Source: an uncultured candidate division Zixibacteria bacterium (GTDB lineage Bacteria > Zixibacteria > MSB-5A5 > UBA10806). Taken from it: 64,000 nucleotides of DNA. The position numbers and the translations under genes are program-made. Numbering within the stretch: the stretch's first letter is position 1; every line of letters begins with the position of its first letter. The notes beneath the pieces are model-generated. The model worked only from the letters and a program-made list of their open reading frames with translations, had not been told where the DNA came from and searched no databases. The stretch spans positions 480,001 through 544,000 of the forward strand of contig CAWFQL010000012.1 of NCBI GenBank assembly GCA_963817915.1, given 5' to 3'. Positions 42,352 through 52,933 of the stretch are shown in pieces.

Positions 42352-44109
42352 GTGGACAAAAATGCTGATTATTCTTCGCTTGATAATTTAGCTCCATTTG
42401 AGCGCAAGTTTTTTGATTCAGCGGAAAATTTTACATATATCGGTTCAGGCTCTATCGGAGGGAAAGCTCAGGGGCTCTCATTTATAAAGGATTCGCTTAT
42501 ATCCCGAATTGAACCTGACTCATTTCCGGGCATTACTGTTGATATTCCTCGATTGACTGTTTTAGCCACAAGTATCTTCGAAAAATTCATGAAAAGAAAT
42601 AATCTATATGAGATTGCTCTTTCGGATTCGCGCGACGACCAAATCGCGCACGCGTTTATCAAGGCAAATTTGCCGACAGAAATAGTAGGTGATCTCCGAT
42701 CACTAAGCGACAAAATCCATTCTCCGCTGGCTATCAGGTCATCGAGCCTTTTCGAGGATGCCATGCACGAACCATTCGCGGGGGTATACTGCACGAAGAT
42801 GATTCCCAATAATCAATTCGATGCTGATACGAGATTCAGGATTTTGGCGGAGTCGATAAAATTCGTTTTTGCTTCAACATTTTTCAAAGAAGCCAAAGAA
42901 TATATTTCTACCACCGGCCAGTCTCCGGCTGATGAGAAGATGGCTGTGATTATTCAGGAAGTAGTAGGGCAAAGGCATGGCATTCGTTATTATCCCCACA
43001 TTTCAGGTGTCGCCAGATCGTACAATTTTTATCGCACCGGACACGCCCGGCCCGAGGACGGAGTGGTCGATCTTGCCTTGGGACTTGGCAAGACTGTAGT
43101 CGATGGCGGTAAATCGTGGAGCTATTCGCCTGCCTATCCGATGGCCAATCCGCCATATAAAAATATCAGAGATATGCTCAATCAGACACAAACCGATTTT
43201 TGGGCTGTTAATATGGGGAAGCCTCCTGCTTATGATCCTGTAAAAGAAACAGAGTATATGGTTCAGGCAAATTTAACCGACGCTGAGTCCGACGGTACAT
43301 TGGATTATCTTGTTTCAACTTATCAGCCCAACAATGATCGTTTGACTATGGGACTAGGCTACGATGGTCCCAGAGTCATTAATTTTGCCCCCATTCTCAA
43401 ACTCGATGAAATCCCGCTAAATAAATTAGTGCGCTTTCTCCTAAAGCTCGGCGAGGAAGTATTGGGCAATGAAGTCGAGATTGAATTTGCCATGACCATA
43501 AGTCCAAAGGCCGACGTGCCGGCAAGGTTCGGATTCTTGCAGGTGAGGCCAATGTTTGTTTCTCACGCGCGGGTTAATATCCCAATTGATGAAATGGACT
43601 CTCCAAATCTGTTGGCCGCCTCCAATAACGTGCTCGGTAATGGCATGATAAATAACATTCGAGATATTGTTTGTTTAAAAAAAGGAGGATTTACCGAACG
43701 TGAATCCCATATAATAGCCAGCGAGTTGGAAAGGATTAATCACCGATTGATCGCCGAAGGATTGCCATTTCTTCTTATAGTGTTCGGACGATTGGGGACT
43801 ACAGATCCGCCGTTTGGCATACCCGTCAGCTGGTGGCAAATATCCGGCGCGAAGGTTATTATTGAGACTACGTCGAATGAAATGAATCTGGAATTATCCC
43901 AGGGTTCGCATTTTTTCCACAATGTCCTTAGCTCACAGGTTGGTTATTTTTCGGTGACACAATCGGGTGTTGATTCGATACGTTGGGAGTGGTTGATTAA
44001 TCAACCGCAAGCTGATGAATCTGAATATATCCGGCATGTGAAACTCGCATCGCCGCTTAAAGTAAAAATAGATGGGACCAATGGTCGTGGTGTGATTTAT
44101 TATGGATGA
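42352..44109 (+). CDS. PEP-synthase/PPDK N-terminal (ATP-grasp) domain protein lacking the pyruvate-binding barrel
   Basis: AGGAG RBS + GTG; IGGKAQGL, AIRSSSLFED, FAGVY, GLGKTVVDG, EIEFA, LQVRP, SQGSHFF. Confidence 0.88.
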   Translation: MDKNADYSSLDNLAPFERKFFDSAENFTYIGSGSIGGKAQGLSFIKDSLISRIEPDSFPGITVDIPRLTVLATSIFEKFMKRNNLYEIALSDSRDDQIAHAFIKANLPTEIVGDLRSLSDKIHSPLAIRSSSLFEDAMHEPFAGVYCTKMIPNNQFDADTRFRILAESIKFVFASTFFKEAKEYISTTGQSPADEKMAVIIQEVVGQRHGIRYYPHISGVARSYNFYRTGHARPEDGVVDLALGLGKTVVDGGKSWSYSPAYPMANPPYKNIRDMLNQTQTDFWAVNMGKPPAYDPVKETEYMVQANLTDAESDGTLDYLVSTYQPNNDRLTMGLGYDGPRVINFAPILKLDEIPLNKLVRFLLKLGEEVLGNEVEIEFAMTISPKADVPARFGFLQVRPMFVSHARVNIPIDEMDSPNLLAASNNVLGNGMINNIRDIVCLKKGGFTERESHIIASELERINHRLIAEGLPFLLIVFGRLGTTDPPFGIPVSWWQISGAKVIIETTSNEMNLELSQGSHFFHNVLSSQVGYFSVTQSGVDSIRWEWLINQPQADESEYIRHVKLASPLKVKIDGTNGRGVIYYG

Positions 44110-47100
44110 ACAAAAAAAATCGACAGATAAGCTCGTTTGGTTCCTGAAGGAAAGAGCTAAAGAGCTCAATTGTCTTTATAAGATCGAAGAGCATCTCAAC
44201 GATCCCGACAAAGATATAGGCGAAATTTGCAAGGGAATCATTGATGTCATTCCTCCCGGATGGCAATATCCCGATATTTGTCAGGCAAAAATAACTCTGA
44301 ATGGCGTTACGTATAAATCCTCGAATTTCAGAGAGACTGAATGGGTTCAGATGGCGAACATAATTGTCCTCGATGATGTCATCGGGACACTGTGGGTTTA
44401 TTATATCATGGAAATGCCGGCTGCCGATTTCGGCCCGTTCCTGAAGGAAGAAACCAAATTGATCGGCACGATCGCTGAACGTCTTGGTAATTTTATCGCT
44501 CATCAGAAGATGAGACGCGTTTTCGATGAGTATAAGAATGCGGCGCAGGACCTCATTGATAAGTCAAAACCTGAATGGCGTATTATCCTGGATTTATTAA
44601 GGGAAACAGATAGGAGTCTTTTCCTCAGGATATCTCACAAGATGCTTAATCATCTGTGCTGGAACGGCATCGAGGATGCCAAGGGTCTGATGCGGTATTA
44701 TAGCCCTGATGCCCGTCCCGGCGAAGAGGGTCAATCGTCCCAGGAGAATAAACCTTTCCAAAAGAAGGTACTGATTTCATCGAATGATTTTCTAAGCGAT
44801 GAAACATTCAAAATTGCTACGGATAATCTGCCATCGGAAGAGATACTGGGATATATACAGAAATGGATTCAACAGGATAAACTCAATTTCCTGGTTAAAT
44901 CGCTTGTCAATCTTAATGCCTCGATGTCGGAAGTCGCGGACGCCGTTCGTCGTTACCAGAGAATGACTCCAGAGGGCATTGATATTCCTAATCCAATTAG
45001 AGAGGGCGTGCTGGTATCTCTTATTCGCCGCTTCTTTTCCGACCAGCTCGATTTTATTAATGTCGCCAAAAACTATGTTGGGATAGGCGATTTTTACAAT
45101 TTGATACAAAATGTTATCTATACAGATGATAGCCACGGCAAGCTCGGCGGAAAGAGTGCAGGCCTATTTATTGCCATGCAAATACTTAGGAAATGCGGCG
45201 ATCCCGGGATGCTGGCAAATTTGAAAACTCCCAAGACCTGGTATATCTCATCAGACCTACTTATTTATTTCATGCATCATAATAATTTCGAAGAAGTGAT
45301 AGAACAAAAATACAAAGATATTAACCAGGTAAGAGTGGAATATCCGCATATAGTTCAGACATTCAAAAATGCCCACTTTCCCCCGGAATTTGTTAAGGGC
45401 GTTTCGATGGCGCTGGATGATTTCAAAGACAATCCATTGATTGTTCGCAGCTCCAGTCTTCTTGAAGATAGAACTGGCGCCGCGTTTTCGGGAAAATATA
45501 AAAGTCTCTTTATTGCCAATCAGGGAAGCAAGGAGGAACGGCTCGAAGCGGTATTGGACGCCATCTCCGAAGTCTATGCGTCGACATTCGGGCCCGACCC
45601 AATTGGATATCGTATCGAACGGGGCCTGCTTGATTTTCATGAGGAGATGGGAATAATGATTCAGGAGGTCGTCGGAACAAAGGCCGGAAAGTATTTTCTA
45701 CCCGCTTACGCGGGAGTAGCTTTTAGTAAGAATGATTTTCGCTGGTCTCCGAGGATCAAAAGGGATGACGGTCTAGTTCGGCTTGTCCCGGGGCTGGGAA
45801 CACGCGCTGTGGATCGCCTGAGCGATGATTACCCGGTATTGATGTCGCCCGGACAGCCGGGACTTAGAGTCAATGTTACCCCGGAAGAATCGATTAGATA
45901 TTCACCGAGGAAGATTGACGTTATCAACCTCGAAACGAATACTTTCGAAACAATCGATATAGGCGTTCTGCTAAAAAACTGCGAAGACGAGTACCCGGCT
46001 CTTAAACAGATATTCTCCATCAACCAGGACAGGCATATCTCGGAAATCTCCGGACTGGCCCTGGATTTCGTTCACACCGAATTTATCGCCACCTTCAATG
46101 GCCTCATTGCCAAAACCTATTTCGTAAACACGATTCAATCGATCCTGAAAATTCTCGAAGAAAAAATGGGCGTCCCTGTTGATATAGAATTCGCTTCAGA
46201 TGGTCGCGATTTTTACCTTTTGCAATGTCGGCCCCAAAGCCATTCCGAAGAAAGTATCGGCGCCGCAATACCCAATGACGTTCCCGAGGATCGAATGATT
46301 TTCACTGCCCGAAAATTTGTATCGAACGGGCGAGTCCCTGAAATTACCCATATCGTCTATATCGATGATCAAAAATATTCCGAGATTGGTGATCGGGGAA
46401 CTTTGCTCGAGGTCGGTAGGGCTGTCGGGCGATTGAATATGCTTTTGCCCAAACGGCAATTTATCTTGATAGGCCCCGGTCGATGGGGAAGCAGGGGTGA
46501 TATTAAATTGGGAGTCAATGTCACCTATTCCGACATCAACAATACCGCTGTTCTTATCGAAGTAGCGCGCAAGCGGGGCAATTATGTTCCTGATCTATCC
46601 TTCGGAACCCATTTCTTTCAAGACTTGGTTGAGGCGCGCATCAGATATTTGCCATTGTATCCCGATGACGCCGGAATAGTTTTTAATGAACGATTCCTGA
46701 AAAATACTCCTAACGTCCTGACTGAAATCTTGCCGCAGTATGGTTATCTTTCCGACACTATACGGGTGATAGATGTGCCCAGATCGTCAAATGGCAGAAT
46801 TTTGCAAATCTTAATGAATGCTGATTTGGATGAAGCGGTCGCGTTGCTTGTCCAGCCTGATTTGGGAATTGCAGCTCCCATCCAATTGAAAAATAATGTC
46901 GAGCATTCGGCCGACCATCATTGGCGCTGGCGAATGAGAATGATCGAGCATATCGCGTCGCAGATTGACCCGGCACGCTTCGGTGTTAAGGGCTTTTACG
47001 TATTTGGCAGCACCAAAAATGGCACTGCGGGCCCCGGAAGCGATATCGATATTTTAGTGCATTTCAAGGGAACGAAGAAACAGCAAGAGTCGCTAAGTCT

Positions 47101-47293
47101 CTGGCTCGAAGGCTGGAGCCTCTGCCTCGGCGAATTGAATTATTTACAAACAGGTTATAAGTCGGATGGACTGCTGGATATTCATATTATAACCGATGAC
47201 GATATCGCCCACAGAAATAGCTACGCGATTAAAATCGGGGCTGTTACCGATGCTGCCAGGTCGCTTCCACTAATGAAGAAAGATAAAAGCTAA
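44102..47293 (+). CDS. Multidomain protein: N-terminal sensor-like region, PPDK_N ATP-grasp domain, C-terminal minimal nucleotidyltransferase
   Basis: LKERAKELNCLY; LGGKSAGL, VRSSSLLED, FSGKY, DIEFA, LQCRP, SFGTHFF; YVFGSTKNGTAGPGSDIDILV (GS..DxD). Confidence 0.88.
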   Translation: MDEQKKSTDKLVWFLKERAKELNCLYKIEEHLNDPDKDIGEICKGIIDVIPPGWQYPDICQAKITLNGVTYKSSNFRETEWVQMANIIVLDDVIGTLWVYYIMEMPAADFGPFLKEETKLIGTIAERLGNFIAHQKMRRVFDEYKNAAQDLIDKSKPEWRIILDLLRETDRSLFLRISHKMLNHLCWNGIEDAKGLMRYYSPDARPGEEGQSSQENKPFQKKVLISSNDFLSDETFKIATDNLPSEEILGYIQKWIQQDKLNFLVKSLVNLNASMSEVADAVRRYQRMTPEGIDIPNPIREGVLVSLIRRFFSDQLDFINVAKNYVGIGDFYNLIQNVIYTDDSHGKLGGKSAGLFIAMQILRKCGDPGMLANLKTPKTWYISSDLLIYFMHHNNFEEVIEQKYKDINQVRVEYPHIVQTFKNAHFPPEFVKGVSMALDDFKDNPLIVRSSSLLEDRTGAAFSGKYKSLFIANQGSKEERLEAVLDAISEVYASTFGPDPIGYRIERGLLDFHEEMGIMIQEVVGTKAGKYFLPAYAGVAFSKNDFRWSPRIKRDDGLVRLVPGLGTRAVDRLSDDYPVLMSPGQPGLRVNVTPEESIRYSPRKIDVINLETNTFETIDIGVLLKNCEDEYPALKQIFSINQDRHISEISGLALDFVHTEFIATFNGLIAKTYFVNTIQSILKILEEKMGVPVDIEFASDGRDFYLLQCRPQSHSEESIGAAIPNDVPEDRMIFTARKFVSNGRVPEITHIVYIDDQKYSEIGDRGTLLEVGRAVGRLNMLLPKRQFILIGPGRWGSRGDIKLGVNVTYSDINNTAVLIEVARKRGNYVPDLSFGTHFFQDLVEARIRYLPLYPDDAGIVFNERFLKNTPNVLTEILPQYGYLSDTIRVIDVPRSSNGRILQILMNADLDEAVALLVQPDLGIAAPIQLKNNVEHSADHHWRWRMRMIEHIASQIDPARFGVKGFYVFGSTKNGTAGPGSDIDILVHFKGTKKQQESLSLWLEGWSLCLGELNYLQTGYKSDGLLDIHIITDDDIAHRNSYAIKIGAVTDAARSLPLMKKDKS

Positions 47294-48150
47294 ATTATTT
47301 TCCTGATTGCATCGCCTGGATTTTCAGGATCGAATATAACCAGCGAAAGCTCTTGGCCGTCATGGGCGGCTGAAAACATATTCGTTTTTCCAATCACATC
47401 CTTCCATGAGCCGGTTATCCTCGCCGATTCATGAATATGACCATGCAATGTTATCAGTGGCTGTTTCGATTCGATTAATTTCCTAATGGCGATACTACCG
47501 ACATGCGGATCCAACGGTACATGGTCAACCATTTTGCCATCCGATGCTATCCTGTCGAGTTTTGTATCATGCGGCGGCGCGTGAAATAAAAATATCGAAT
47601 TTGTAAGATCATTATTTTCTATAAGCCGATTCAAGTCATTTTTGATAGTGCCATATCGAAAATCATGCTCCGGTACCGGCACACTTCGATAGCCTTCCTC
47701 CGGCGACACATCTCCGGGGTCGATATATCGCGAGACATCATATTTTTCCCAATCCTTCAAGAGGAATGGCGTCGGCGGCACATAAGAATAACCATAAACA
47801 GTATATTGTCCGAATTCTACTTTGCGTTCGTTAATATATTCCCAAATACCCTTGCCGCTGGCTTCTATTATTGCCGGCTCTTCGATTTTCCAGTCGTCAT
47901 TGCCGAGAATAATGAATATTCGAGGATAGCTTTCATTTAATGACACCTTCAACTCCGACAATCTTGATATTAGAAAGCCGTTGATGAAGTCAGCATGATA
48001 AGCGCCCTTCGTTGCCATCGATGCCAACCCCGATGGCAGAATATCGCCACCGATAAATACCGCGGCCGGTTTTATCTCCTTGATTGAGGCAAAAAGCTTT
48101 TCATATCGATCAATCTTGCCATGTAGATCGGATACGAAAAAGCAAGTCAT
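47290..48150 (-). CDS. Calcineurin-like metallophosphoesterase
   Basis: SDLHG, GGD, GNDD, HAPP, HGHIHE; stop overlaps that of the NTase fusion. Confidence 0.9.
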   Translation of the reverse strand: MTCFFVSDLHGKIDRYEKLFASIKEIKPAAVFIGGDILPSGLASMATKGAYHADFINGFLISRLSELKVSLNESYPRIFIILGNDDWKIEEPAIIEASGKGIWEYINERKVEFGQYTVYGYSYVPPTPFLLKDWEKYDVSRYIDPGDVSPEEGYRSVPVPEHDFRYGTIKNDLNRLIENNDLTNSIFLFHAPPHDTKLDRIASDGKMVDHVPLDPHVGSIAIRKLIESKQPLITLHGHIHESARITGSWKDVIGKTNMFSAAHDGQELSLVIFDPENPGDAIRKII

Positions 48151-48167
48151 TACTTGTCCGCCTTTGA

Positions 48168-48884
48168 CTATGGAAATATTATTTTATCTTTTGAATGGCC
48201 CTGGGCGATTAGATTTTTTCTTAGCTCTATCTGCATCATAGGAGGGCCGCAAACAAATATCGCGGTATCAACCGATGGTTCCGGCAAATGCTGTTTCATC
48301 AAATCGGGAGTGATTCGTCCTTTGCCCATGCTCCAATCCTCTGGCGGAGTGTCTAGAATATAGAAGCGCATGAAGCTTGGATAATTTTCGGCGTAATCGT
48401 CGAATTCATCCCGCAAAATTATATCATCTGCCGTTTTGTTTGCGAATAATAATGAGACCGAGACATCAAGCTTATTGGTAATAATATATCGGATGATTGA
48501 AATCATGGGCGTTATTCCAGTACCGCCCGCCACGAGTCCGATATTTTTTGCCATATCGTCTTTAAAATGCCCTCCGACATGGGGGCCGCTCATCCATATA
48601 TCGTCGCCGACATTGTGGTCATGCATGAATTTCGAGACCATCCCATCCAGGTAACGTTTGATTATCAGCTCAAAATATCCGGCCGAGCCGGATATCGTAG
48701 TCGGTGTATACGGGCGAAATTCGACCGGATCAGTTCGGTCGGGATATATTTTCATATGGTCGCCCGGCAGATAATCTATCTGCGCTCCGGGGGGAATTGA
48801 AAATCGAAATTGCTTCGTATCATGCGTGATATGATCGATATCTATTATGCGATACGGTGTCATTAAGATATTTTTTTCACCCAT
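48168..48884 (-). CDS. Cytochrome-b5-reductase/FNR-like FAD/NAD oxidoreductase
   Basis: RPYTP, GMVS, AGGTGITPM, CGPPMM. Confidence 0.9.
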   Translation of the reverse strand: MGEKNILMTPYRIIDIDHITHDTKQFRFSIPPGAQIDYLPGDHMKIYPDRTDPVEFRPYTPTTISGSAGYFELIIKRYLDGMVSKFMHDHNVGDDIWMSGPHVGGHFKDDMAKNIGLVAGGTGITPMISIIRYIITNKLDVSVSLLFANKTADDIILRDEFDDYAENYPSFMRFYILDTPPEDWSMGKGRITPDLMKQHLPEPSVDTAIFVCGPPMMQIELRKNLIAQGHSKDKIIFP

Positions 48885-48900
48885 GCCGCCCCTCCCGATT

Positions 48901-49660
48901 TTAATTACGCTTGAATGGTTTATATCCTATCAAAACAGGGTATTGCTCTTCGGGGGATTTCTCTGAGAAAGTAAAATGGCCATTCTGCGGCTCGAATCCA
49001 ACATCCCTCAAAAGCCCTTCCCATGTATCCAATGAAAATATTCCGCAAATATGCTGGTCGAGTTCGACTCTCAAATCTCCATTCTGGCGAATCAAATAAA
49101 CGAATAATAAGTCATAGATAGTATCATTTGGATTGGGGTCGTAATAATGTTCAAAATAGGTGATTTCGAGCCCGTTATTCGAATGAGTCTGAACCCTTGT
49201 TCTGAATTGCCTGAATTTTTCGGGAGTTTCTTCAGCAACAGTCAATATCATTCCGCCCTGCTTCAAATGGGCAAATGCCGTCTCGAATACGAGCCGCAAA
49301 TCATTTTCAGTAGTCATATACGCGATTGAATCATATATCAACACTATATCGAATTGCTCATTCAGGCGGATATTCCTCATATCGCCCTGAAAGTATTTCG
49401 ATTCCGGGTTTAGATTTCGCGCGATAGATAGCATTTCTTCGCTCAAGATCGATTCCGGTAATATCAAAATGCTGTTTGAATGTCTTATCTATATGACCGC
49501 CTCCGCATCCCAAATGCAGAAGCGTTTTGGGCTGAATTTTGCTGTTTGATACAGCTATATTCGAAAAAAACTCGCCCTCTTCAATATAGTCTTCCGGCGG
49601 GCTCATGACTGGCCAAATCCAGGCCATATCCTTGTATAATCGCTCTTTTTTCCTGTCCAT
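48901..49660 (-). CDS. Class I SAM-dependent methyltransferase; frameshift near 49446
   Basis: LHLGCGGG, GID then shifted LSEEML, QGDMR, HLKQGG. Confidence 0.85.
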
Positions 49661-49714
49661 AATTGGTATAAACGCTCAATAAAGCATTAATGTGTCTATA
49701 AATGGTCTTGGCTT

Positions 49715-50902
49715 TTATCTATCGCAAACCTGTTTAAATACACGCATGAAGTTGCCGCCCAGAATCTTTTTAATATCAACTTCATTGTACCCGCGCTTGA
49801 CTAATTCTTTCGTAATATTGGGCATCATTGAACAGTCGGAAAGACCGTCTGGAAGTCCATGGACACCGTCAAAATCCGAACCCAGTCCGACATAGTCAGG
49901 GCCGACCAATTTTACTATATAATCAATATGATCAACTACAGTGCCGACATCGATCTTGAGCGAATCTGTCATCTTTCTCATTTCGGAATATATCGGCTCC
50001 ATCGCCTTGTGACGCTGGCCGAAATCATCTTTGTATAACGCTTCGATGGAATCGATTTCTGCCTTATGCGCAGTCTCAATTGAATCTCTTATGGTGTTCC
50101 ATCTGGCCGAAAGATATCCGCGATAAAAATTGATCCCGATTACTCCGCCATTTTTCGCGATAGCCTTAATCTGGTCATCGGTAAGATTTCTATCGTGCGG
50201 GCAGATATTATATACACATGAATGCGAGGCAATGATCGGGTCTTTTGTAATTTTCAAGACCTCTTCAACTGTGGCGGGCGAGGCATGAGAGACATCGACA
50301 ATCATCCCCAATTCGTTCATTTTCCTGACTACTTCACGACCGAAATCGGTTAATCCATGGAATGCCGGCTTAGTATCGGCCGATGATATGCACCAATCGC
50401 TGGAGCCGGTATGAGTCAATGTCATATACCTGACTCCGCGATCGTAATAATGCTTCAGATTGTCAAGGCTATCCGCAATCGCGACACCGTTCTCGATCCC
50501 TATAAAGGCCGCAATTCTGCCGCTCTTGATGATACTTTCTGCTTGAGCCGAGGTTTTGCAGACCGCAATTTTATCGGGATAACGGCTTATTTGCACTTCC
50601 AGCGAATCGATCATTTCATCGGCCAATGGTCGGCATTTGGCCTTAGGCGTATTGGAATCAAGCCAGCAGGCAAATACCTGGAGCTTTATTCCGCCCTCCT
50701 GCAGCCTCGGTATATCCATGTGCCCCGTGGAATCCCTTTTCCCAAAATCGAATCCGCCTTTCATCATTCGCAGTACGGTATCGCTATGCAAATCCGCCAC
50801 CAAAGCGTCATGATGAATTCTTATCGGATCGTTTATCTTGCTGGATCCGGCCAGAATACCTCCTAAGAGAATTAAAACAATTAAAGAAAATCTCTTCATC
50901 AT
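49715..50902 (-). CDS. Secreted membrane dipeptidase (M19)
   Basis: Signal peptide, DLHSD, GIENG, TLTH, DVSH, ASHS, RNLTD, GLGSDFDG. Confidence 0.93.
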   Translation of the reverse strand: MMKRFSLIVLILLGGILAGSSKINDPIRIHHDALVADLHSDTVLRMMKGGFDFGKRDSTGHMDIPRLQEGGIKLQVFACWLDSNTPKAKCRPLADEMIDSLEVQISRYPDKIAVCKTSAQAESIIKSGRIAAFIGIENGVAIADSLDNLKHYYDRGVRYMTLTHTGSSDWCISSADTKPAFHGLTDFGREVVRKMNELGMIVDVSHASPATVEEVLKITKDPIIASHSCVYNICPHDRNLTDDQIKAIAKNGGVIGINFYRGYLSARWNTIRDSIETAHKAEIDSIEALYKDDFGQRHKAMEPIYSEMRKMTDSLKIDVGTVVDHIDYIVKLVGPDYVGLGSDFDGVHGLPDGLSDCSMMPNITKELVKRGYNEVDIKKILGGNFMRVFKQVCDR

Positions 50903-51245
50903 GTTTTTATACAAATCTAGTCATAAAAATCAAGAGATAAAAACCATTGTTACTGATTGCTACCAACTTCATGCTTCCGAGGCATTTATGATTTATAAAA
51001 ATTGCTCAAAATACTTGCTTATCCATAATATTGTGCTATTATTAATGCAGATTCACTTCCTTGATCTGCACCAGGGGTGGGCGGCCCCGCAACCGCTTAT
51101 ATTTTAGAACTTCATATTTTAATTTTGGCGCTAAACTGATAAGATGATTTTAATTTGGCAGAGGAGGAATGAGACAATAGAGAAATCTGCAATTTGGTGT
51201 TTGTAGTATTTTGGGCCGATTGAAATGAAAGAGGAGAGTTGTCTT

Positions 51246-52919
51246 ATGAAAAAATCCAATGTTACTGTCATGATTATGGCAATTTCAATTGCTGTAATTG
51301 GAATATTTACCGCCAATGCCGCGCCGCCGCTAATCAGTTATCAAGCCAAATTATGCGATAGCAGCGGGAATCCTGTCCCCGATGGCAATTATCAAATGAT
51401 CTTTAGCATCTATGGCGATTCCGTTGGTGGGACACCATTGTGGACAGAGGTCCGTCCCGCAGTTTCAACTTCAAGCGGCTATTTCCACCTTAACCTGGGA
51501 AGCACCGAGCCATGGGATGAACGGAATATGCTGGGGCCATCAACACGATATCTGCAAATTCAGATCGGTAGTATGCCTCCGATGTCACCTCGCACGAAAC
51601 TTACCTCAGTCCCTCAATCCGTATTTACTCAAAGGGTGTCCGGGGATATCGAGACATCCGATAGCAGCCTTACGCTTCAGCGGGGAACACAGGCGGTTCG
51701 ATTGCTAAATGGTCCCGAGACAATAGGACTCGTTATAGAGGATAGGCCAACTGATCTTGTAAACGGTAGGGTCTTCCGTGCCGGTATGGATTCCACCGGT
51801 GTCAATTTCGGATTGGATGGTCCTAATGGCAGCAAGATGATCGAAGCCACTGCTCAGTCCGGCGTTGCCGGCAGGGCTAGTTGGGTGATGTTCAATCCCC
51901 AGCCCGAACCGCCCGGTCATGATCCTTTCAGGCTTTTCGAAGTGAGCACAAATGGTCTTGGCCAGGCCAGCTGGGTGATGTTCAACCCTCAGCCGGAACC
52001 GCCTGGCTCTGATCCGTTCAGGTTGTTTGAAGTCAGTACCGGTGTTGGTGGCGAGGCCAGCATGGTCATGTTTAACCCTCAGCCGGAACCGCCCGGTAGC
52101 GATCCGTTTCTTACATTAAGAACAAATGTCAGTGGCGCAAATTTCTCTATGAACGCACCCCAGGCGAGAGGTGCTGCCTTAGTTAATAATCACCCTCAGA
52201 TAAATATCAGGTGCGATAGCACGGCCAGCAGATTGCTTTTGCAGAGGGGGCGCACTATGGTTGGCGGCCCTTCAGATAGCACCGGATTTTCCATGTATGC
52301 CGATTCTGTCAGCAGCGAAATGAGGTTTTTCAATAACAGTAATCTGCAACTGAAAATTACCTCCAACGCAACCGGGGCGACACTGGGTTTTATTGATGAT
52401 GGCAGCGAGTATATGGGTGTAGAACCGGCCCCGTGGCATGCGGGCGGCGAACTCACAATGAGCGATGCTGCAGGCGGTCCGACGCTGGTGTTATCATCAG
52501 ACGGCATGGCCAGTATTGGAACAGGGAATCATACGAATATTCTAACAATAGCTCAATACTCCTCAACCGATCCTATCGCCGATGCCTGGACTACATACAG
52601 CTCACGCAGATGGAAAACCAACATCGAGCCGTTGAAAAATCCATTATCGAAAGTTATGTCTCTGCGGGGCGTATCATTTGATTGGAAAGAGAATGGCAAG
52701 CACGATATCGGTTTCATCGCTGAAGAAGTCGGCGAAATTGTGCCGGAAGTTGTCGCCTACGAAAAGAATGGAATTGATGCGCAATCAGTCGATTATGCTC
52801 GTCTGACTTCCTTGCTCGTTGAAGCGGTGAAAGAACAGCAGAAAATGATAGACGATCTCAAAGCCGAATTAGTTGATTTGAAAGCGGAAATTAACAAAAA
52901 AGCCGATTTGGGCAAATAA
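51246..52919 (+). CDS. Secreted fibre-like protein 1: conserved YQ-domain, FNPQPEPP repeats, C-terminal peptidase S74 intramolecular chaperone
   Basis: Signal peptide; ISYQAKLCDSSGNPV; YSSRRWKTNI..GFIAEEV..VDYARL..LVEAVKEQ coiled coil. Confidence 0.85.
   Translation: MKKSNVTVMIMAISIAVIGIFTANAAPPLISYQAKLCDSSGNPVPDGNYQMIFSIYGDSVGGTPLWTEVRPAVSTSSGYFHLNLGSTEPWDERNMLGPSTRYLQIQIGSMPPMSPRTKLTSVPQSVFTQRVSGDIETSDSSLTLQRGTQAVRLLNGPETIGLVIEDRPTDLVNGRVFRAGMDSTGVNFGLDGPNGSKMIEATAQSGVAGRASWVMFNPQPEPPGHDPFRLFEVSTNGLGQASWVMFNPQPEPPGSDPFRLFEVSTGVGGEASMVMFNPQPEPPGSDPFLTLRTNVSGANFSMNAPQARGAALVNNHPQINIRCDSTASRLLLQRGRTMVGGPSDSTGFSMYADSVSSEMRFFNNSNLQLKITSNATGATLGFIDDGSEYMGVEPAPWHAGGELTMSDAAGGPTLVLSSDGMASIGTGNHTNILTIAQYSSTDPIADAWTTYSSRRWKTNIEPLKNPLSKVMSLRGVSFDWKENGKHDIGFIAEEVGEIVPEVVAYEKNGIDAQSVDYARLTSLLVEAVKEQQKMIDDLKAELVDLKAEINKKADLGK
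51876..52110 (+). repeat. 90-bp tandem repeat (about 2.6 copies) encoding AS(W/M)VMFNPQPEPPG(H/S)DPF
   Basis: Units start at 51876, 51966, 52056. Confidence 0.95.
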
Positions 52920-52933
52920 GGGGGTTGCTAATC

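Noticed and set aside
46940..47293. MNT-HEPN toxin-antitoxin module
   Set aside because: The nucleotidyltransferase is fused to the dikinase protein and no HEPN gene is adjacent
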